DNA of 64,000 nucleotides, taken from the human T2T-CHM13v2.0 reference genome, Homo sapiens. The stretch is taken from the NCBI RefSeq assembly GCF_009914755.1, contig NC_060947.1; one strand, written 5' to 3'. The notes below the pieces were generated by a model. That model had not been told where the DNA came from and did not search any database. It saw nothing but the letters and a program-made list of their open reading frames with translations. Made by a program: the position numbers and the translations under genes. This document shows positions 58,305 through 64,000 of the stretch, piece by piece; position 1 is the stretch's first letter; every line of letters begins with the position of its first letter.

Positions 58305-61210
58305 TGTATTCTATTAGTTTTCGAGGGCCGCTTCAAAAACATTCCAGGGACTGGCTAACTTAAACACTATTTATTTTTAATCTCACAGTTCTGGATACCA
58401 ATTTTCACCTTTTGGTAAGGAGACCAATCCTGTTGGGTAGGGTCAAACCTCACAACTTCACCTTAACCAGATGGCCTGTGTAGAGACTCTCTCCGAATAA
58501 GGTCACATTCTAAAACACTAGGGGCCAGGACTTCTACCTGTGACTTTTAGGGAGACAGAACTCCATACATACTAGTACATATTCTGCATCCATTCCGCGG
58601 CACAAATTAACGTCCACACATAGAAAATATATTCATTTCATCACAACATCCCCAAAGTCTTAACTCACTCCAAAATCAGTTCTCCAGTATCTCACCTGAT
58701 AATCTTCTATGTCTGGAATGGGTGAGTCTCCAGGTGTGACTCATGCTGAGGTGGGAATTCTCTCCACCACTGCACCTGCGAAGCTAGACGAGTTATCTGT
58801 TTCTGAAAGACAGTGTGGGACTGGTACCAGATAGGGCTTATCATACCAAAAGTAGGAAATCTGAAAAACTACTGGAGTTCGTGGACCTTAAGCACCTTTG
58901 AAACCTAGTGGGGGCAAATTCCATTAGATTCTAAGGATGGAAAAGATTCTACTTGGCCTCAATGCTCTGTCCTTCAGGCCCAGTGGGGTAACAGCTTTAC
59001 ACCCTAAGCCCTGGGCAGCGGGGTGGGGGATCTCCCCCCAGCCTGGGCTGCTGCAGCCCATCCCTCTGAAACCGAGGAAGTGGGACAAATGCCTGGAACT
59101 TGGGAGGTGACCTCTGTTTCTGGGACGAAGAGAGAGATGGCCCAGTCCCCTAGTAATGTGCCCCTGGTTCTTGGAGGCAGTGACGGCCATGCCAACCTCT
59201 GACCCAACTTTCTAGTCCTTCTTCACTGTCTCAAAAATGAAGAAACGGTCACAGCTGGGTACCTCAGTCAGTCCCTTTCTTGCCGGTACAGTCCAGGAAC
59301 TCTAACAGCCTCCTTGCATTTCATCCCATCTTTTTCTGGTTCAGTCCATTCCGGCAACATTTTTTTGGTATAAAATTCTCAAAAATTTTTTGGCTTCCCA
59401 TGGAATTCACATGAGTCCAGGCCATCAGGCAAGAAGTTGTCTAAAGATCTTTCTTGAATACCCATATCTCCCTTATCTCAATTCCTAACTTCTGCAGAGA
59501 TGGTTGATTGGATCTGAGCCACATGTCTCTCCTCTTAGGCTAATGGTTTTCCGGGCACACCCTTGCACCTATTTCCAGAGCAAGGTGTCTGCATACTTTG
59601 AGTACCTTCTGAACCATCCAATGCTGGCTTCCTTTTCCTTAGTGCTTCCTTGGCTAATTTCTCTCTCTTCTCTCCCATTTAATATACAGATCTAGGAGAA
59701 ACCAGATTAAATCCTAAAAACTTTTCTCAGTTTGCCAGTGTAGTGACCAAGGTTCCCCCTGCTCCTCTTAAGTTTCGCTGAAAACTGAAGTCACAAAAGG
59801 CAGATCCATAGGACATAAGGCATACCAACTTATACAACGTGTATCCCCGGGAGCCTTTAGTGTTAATAGCCAAAGACACATGGGAAATTATCTGTTTTTA
59901 TGCCTTGGCTCAAAGGAATACAGACAGCCGTGTAGAAATATGATGGGACAAAAAGGCTATGATCTAATGCCAATAGACAGAGTGGGGGAAACCCGACAAG
60001 GCCTGTGTGTCTAGACTCCGCTTGGCCTGTCTGAGCACACAGTACTTCCTCCCGGATACGGGGCAGGACCCTCTCTGGAATGGCGATCTTGTGACTTCCT
60101 TTCAAACGAGATAGGTTAGATGATTTTTTCACAGACAGTTTTTACATGAAAATGTGGAAAATGTTACAATACATTTCTAGGTTTTGTGACTACCTTTAGA
60201 AAAAAGAGCTTCTGATTTCTTGGACCCACCTTCGGGAAGAGGGATTCTGGTCTTTATGTTTAGCCCCTGGGGTAGAATGGGACTGACAGACAGGAGGACC
60301 AAGAATGTCAGAGAAAATCTTTTTCATCTGAGACTACTTCTGAAGCCCTCATTTTGGGGTATTGTGCCCTGAGCTCCAACAATAGAAATCAGCTACATGT
60401 GCATGTTCATCACTTACAATTTCTACTTTCCTCAAAGACACTAGGAACACAATACAGCCCAAGCCTTTGCCACTGTAAAACTAGGATGGCCTTTCCTCAT
60501 GCTTCCAATAACCTCTTCCTAGTCTCCATCTGAAAACACACCAGAAGCACCTTTAATACACATAGTTCTAGCAACATTTCGGTGGTCATGATATATGTAT
60601 TCTCTAAGTCAGAGATCCTTTCTCTACAGCAAAGAACTCTTTCTTAACCCTCGTTTCAATGTCATTTGGTGTTCATATTTTCCCCCGCCATTTCCTAAAG
60701 GCACTCTAGGCTTCTTGTGTCGTGCATATCAAAACACTTCTGGCCTGTATGCATTACTTACTTCCAAGGCCTCTTCCAGTCTTTCGGATGTTCCTTATCA
60801 CATCATCCCACTGCTTGGCAACAGAACCTCTAGTAGTTTGCTAGGGTCATTCTGACAAAGTACCACAAACCTGGTGGGATAAACAGCAGAAATTTATTGT
60901 CGTGGTTCGGCAGGCTGGAAGTCCAAATCAAAGCGTCAGCTGGGTTGGTTACTTCTGAGTAGTAAGAGGGAAGGATCTCTTCCAGGGATCTTTCCTTGGC
61001 TTGTAGGTGGCCCAGTTCTCGCCATGCCACTTCACATTTTCTTCCCTGAACACATGTCTCTGTGTCTGAATTTCCCCTTTTGGTATGCAAAATGCATACT
61101 AGTCATTTTGGATAGAGCGCACCCTAATGAATGTAATTTAACTTGAGTACCCCAGTAAAGGTCCTACCTGCAAGTAGGAGAGAGATGAGGGGTCAGGAGT
61201 CTAATAGTTA
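58305..61210. mobile_element. MaLR (MLT1) element: two LTR-like ends (about 58305-58575 and 60830-61210) with internal sequence
   Basis: tctcacagttctgg...ataaggtcacattct; acaaagtaccacaaacctggtgg...agaaatttattgtc; MLT-int-like middle. Confidence 0.6.
59739..60381 (-). mobile_element. ERV1 solo LTR, MER39/MER34-like
   Basis: Reverse complement begins tgttggagctcagggcacaataccccaaaatgagggcttcagaag. Confidence 0.7.
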
Positions 61211-61214
61211 CATT

Positions 61215-61529
61215 GGAGATAGAGGGATCTTAGCTTGCACACTCCTTATGGGAACCTAATGAACGACGATCTGTCACTGTCCCCATCACCCCCATATGGG
61301 AACATCTAGTTGCAGGAAAACAAGTTCAGGGCTCCCACTGATTCTACATTATGGTGAGTCGTAATATTATTTCATTACACATTACAATATAATAATAATA
61401 ATAGAGATAAAGTGCACAATAAGTGTAATGCACTTGAGTCATCCCAAAACCATCCCCTCAATGACGTTCTGTGGAAAAATTGTCTTCCCTGAAACCGGTT
61501 ATTGGTGCCAGAAAGGTTGGGGACCGCTG
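61215..61529 (+). mobile_element. MER1-like hAT (Charlie) 3' part
   Basis: ctagttgcaggaaaacaagttcagggctcccactgattctacattatggtgag...aaaggttggggaccgctg. Confidence 0.8.
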
Positions 61530-61534
61530 GTCTA

Positions 61535-62410
61535 GCTATCTCATGTTGGCAAACTGCAATCCCACGAATCATTTCTTATCTTAGCCTATGTCTGGGAATA
61601 GGGGCAATCTTTGGAATTACTTCTTCTCTGAAGAGGGTATGGCATCCAGTCGCTATTGAACTTCAGTACACTATTGAGAAGTCTAATTGTCAATGGCCAA
61701 TAGATTGATCCTCTAAATTAACCCACTAAATTATGTTAAAAGGATTTTAGAGATTTGTCATTCTAACCGATTGATAAAAATGTTAAATATATAAAAAGAT
61801 ACATCATGGTGTGGCAGCTAGCCTTAAAACTTGGCTTGACAAAAGTGAAGAGCAAAAATCAGACCAAAACAAAGATAACCTCCTGTGTCTGCTCAAACTG
61901 CCCCATGTGGGAATAACAACAAAGGCCACTCCACCTTGTGACCTTCGAGTCCAAATTCTGCACTTTCGCCTCAACGCCGTGGGTTGCATTGCTAGTCAGG
62001 AAACCCGCCCTTCTTGGTTGGATATTGGTGTGACTTTTGGGGAGTATCTATTTCTTATTGACCCTTTTCCCTTCCTTGGATTGCTTTTGATTTCCTGTCT
62101 TCCTTCACCTGCGATGCGGGCACATGAGGCCCTTTGGCCTTCTTGTGGAGATAGCTGAGAATCTAAGATCCTAGAAAATTTGGTAGGACAAATATGTGGG
62201 TTGTATCCTGTGAAAGGCTAGCAAAACTTTCTTTTCTCTTTGAGCCGTCTGGGGTTTGGGGCAATTCTGGACCTTGTGAAATCTACTTTCCGCCCCTTTG
62301 AAGACACCTCAGGCATCCTTGGTTGTGTCATAATCTTGGTGAAACTTACTGGAACGATACCTTTACTTTACAGAAAACAAAACAAACAAGAAAAGGTCAA
62401 AACCCAGAAA
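61535..62410. mobile_element. Possible ERV1 internal (MER4-group) fragment
   Basis: General resemblance only; replaces the expected continuation of the H2B.W fragment. Confidence 0.35.
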
Positions 62411-62412
62411 TA

Positions 62413-62523
62413 TCAGCTGCTTGTCTTCTGCTGCTGCTTGTGGGCCATAGTGGCATCGGCCGCTTTCCGCTCCTTCGTGCTCAGGCCTTTGTCAGAGGTC
62501 GTCTCAGAGGAAGGCTTAACCAT
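62413..62523 (-). pseudogene. Truncated H2B.W-family gene fragment (N-terminal tail only, 36 aa)
   Basis: MVKPSSETTSDKGLSTKERKAADATMAHKQQQKTSS* aligns with MAEAFSKTTSEEDQSIQEPKEANSMTAQKQKK at 54948; upstream 62524-62735 aligns with 54725-54947. Confidence 0.8.
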
Positions 62524-62588
62524 CTCAGAGGCAACTGCCAGTGGATGTGAGGAACAGACAATGATGGTTGACCACAGGCGGGAGGGCC

Positions 62589-62735
62589 TTTTATAGTCAC
62601 CACATGGTTACGTCACAGGCCACCAACTCCACATCTGACTGAATGAAGTGCCAAGCAGGGAGCCTACCAGCAATCCTCCCGGCCTCAGAGGCAACTCGAT
62701 GGTCCTGTTGCTTGGCAATCACAGTGGGTGTCTGT
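62589..62735 (-). promoter_or_regulatory. H2B.W-type promoter with TATA and CRE-like motif
   Basis: Minus strand TATAAAA 62589-62595 and TGACGTAA 62608-62615; homologous to 54725-54877. Confidence 0.6.
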
Positions 62736-63031
62736 CGACATGCTCCCCGCCTCTCACCTGCCACGGAGCAGGTGCTCAACCCCGCCCACTCTCAACTAGG
62801 GCGAGCTCTGCATTCCACGCATTCTTCCACTCCTGTTCTGCGACCACTCCAGTTCCAAAAAAGCTCGGTGGTACTACGAATCCTCTCTAAATCATACTCC
62901 TCATCTGTTTATTCCTTATTTCTTCCTCCAGGAGCCCACTTTCTCTTGAGAAAGCTGCAGATCCTCGTTCAGCATGGTGCACCAGGGTTCCCAAAGACCT
63001 GATGTGTGAGGCTTCTTTGCCTTTTCATAGG

Positions 63032-63152
63032 TAAGGTGAGCACATAATTTCTTGTTGAATACATATGGGGGCAGCTTTCAGAGTAAATGCAGCACTATGA
63101 ATCATCGGGCTGGGACAACAGGCAAAATCAGGACGCGTGGCCACCCTTCTAG
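63032..63152 (+). mobile_element. MER81-like hAT MITE, copy 2
   Basis: taaggtgagcacataattt...gggacaacaggcaaaatcaggacgcgtggccaccct. Confidence 0.65.
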
Positions 63153-63409
63153 GGGAAAGATCTGGGGATAGAATAAGGGCATCCTTTGGGGTTTGAAACA
63201 CTAAAGTTCTTGGGTAATGAGACCAATTTACTTTTAATAGCTTTTTTTTTGTCTTCTCTTTGAAGTTCTGGTGACTTTATTTCCTGGAGGCAACTAGTGT
63301 GGCTAGGCTGCATTAACATGGGAAAATGACACAACATCGTGAGAACGTCTGTTTGGGTCTTAGGACTCATGTGAGCTAGTGGGACCAGACTCGACTGCAA
63401 GAGTGATTG

Positions 63410-63545
63410 AGGGCACGGGTTTGGGAGTCAGAGGAGATCTGGGTTCAGACCTCAGCTGTGCCTCTTACTGGCTGTATTGCCTTGCGCAAGTGGCTTGACT
63501 TCTCTGAATCTCAGTTTCCTCCTCTGTGGAATACAGATCTAGAAG
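63410..63545 (+). mobile_element. MIR SINE remnant
   Basis: ctgggttcagacctcagctgtgcctcttactggctgt...tctgaatctcagtttcctcctctgt. Confidence 0.7.
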
Positions 63546-64000
63546 GTGGTTGTCAAGATCCAGGGTGATGATGCAGATGGGGTGCCAGATACATAGTCTG
63601 CAACCAATGAATGTCGGCTGTACGTGGTTCCAATACCGAGATTCGTGTCCTCGGGCAATCACAGGTGGTGGGGGTGGGATCCAGTGCCAGACAGCTGTAT
63701 GAACACGCTCTCCTGGCTACCTGGGCCCCATCTGTTTGCTTCGGGCTGACAGTGAGATAAGGGACAATGACTTTTCCCTCCTGAGCCACATGTTAGTGAA
63801 GCGGTGGAGATAATTCTGCTCTGAGTCCTGACGGGAAGTTGCTGGGGAGCAACTTTACAGTGCTCCTGGCTTGGGGCACTACCCACTCGGGGCTTTGTGG
63901 CAAGCTATTCCCCCTCACGGCCAAGGAACCTGGCTTCCCATACCACCTCCTTTCCTCCACCCACCGTCTCCCTATCTGAATCCTATTCACTTTTCAGGTC

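Overview
Primate genomic DNA (most likely human Xq22.2, judged from gene order and recalled protein sequences), very rich in L1 elements. Genes and gene relics in order: (1) an unprocessed SLC25A53 pseudogene (7131-8053, +) broken by a 1-bp deletion; (2) a DPPA3/STELLA retrocopy (40344-41420, -) with a perfect 16-bp target-site duplication, poly(A) tail and a fully open 160-aa ORF, placed head-to-head about 200 bp from the promoter of (3) an intact three-exon thymosin beta-15 gene (TMSB15B-type, +, 45 aa); (4) an H2B.W-family (H2BFM/H2BFWT-like) histone variant pseudogene (54948-55817, +) with a single in-frame TGA, whose first intron still holds a canonical-type H2B C-terminus, a decayed histone stem-loop and a U7-type downstream element; (5) a second, inverted H2B.W 5' fragment (62413-62523, -) that keeps TATA and CRE-like motifs. 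The rest is mostly L1 (two near full-length copies), Alu, MIR, L2, LTR and DNA-transposon sequence plus tandem repeats. Several small local duplications are not explained by ordinary repeat annotation. Repeat subfamily names and reference-protein comparisons are from memory and repeat boundaries are approximate; no database search was run.
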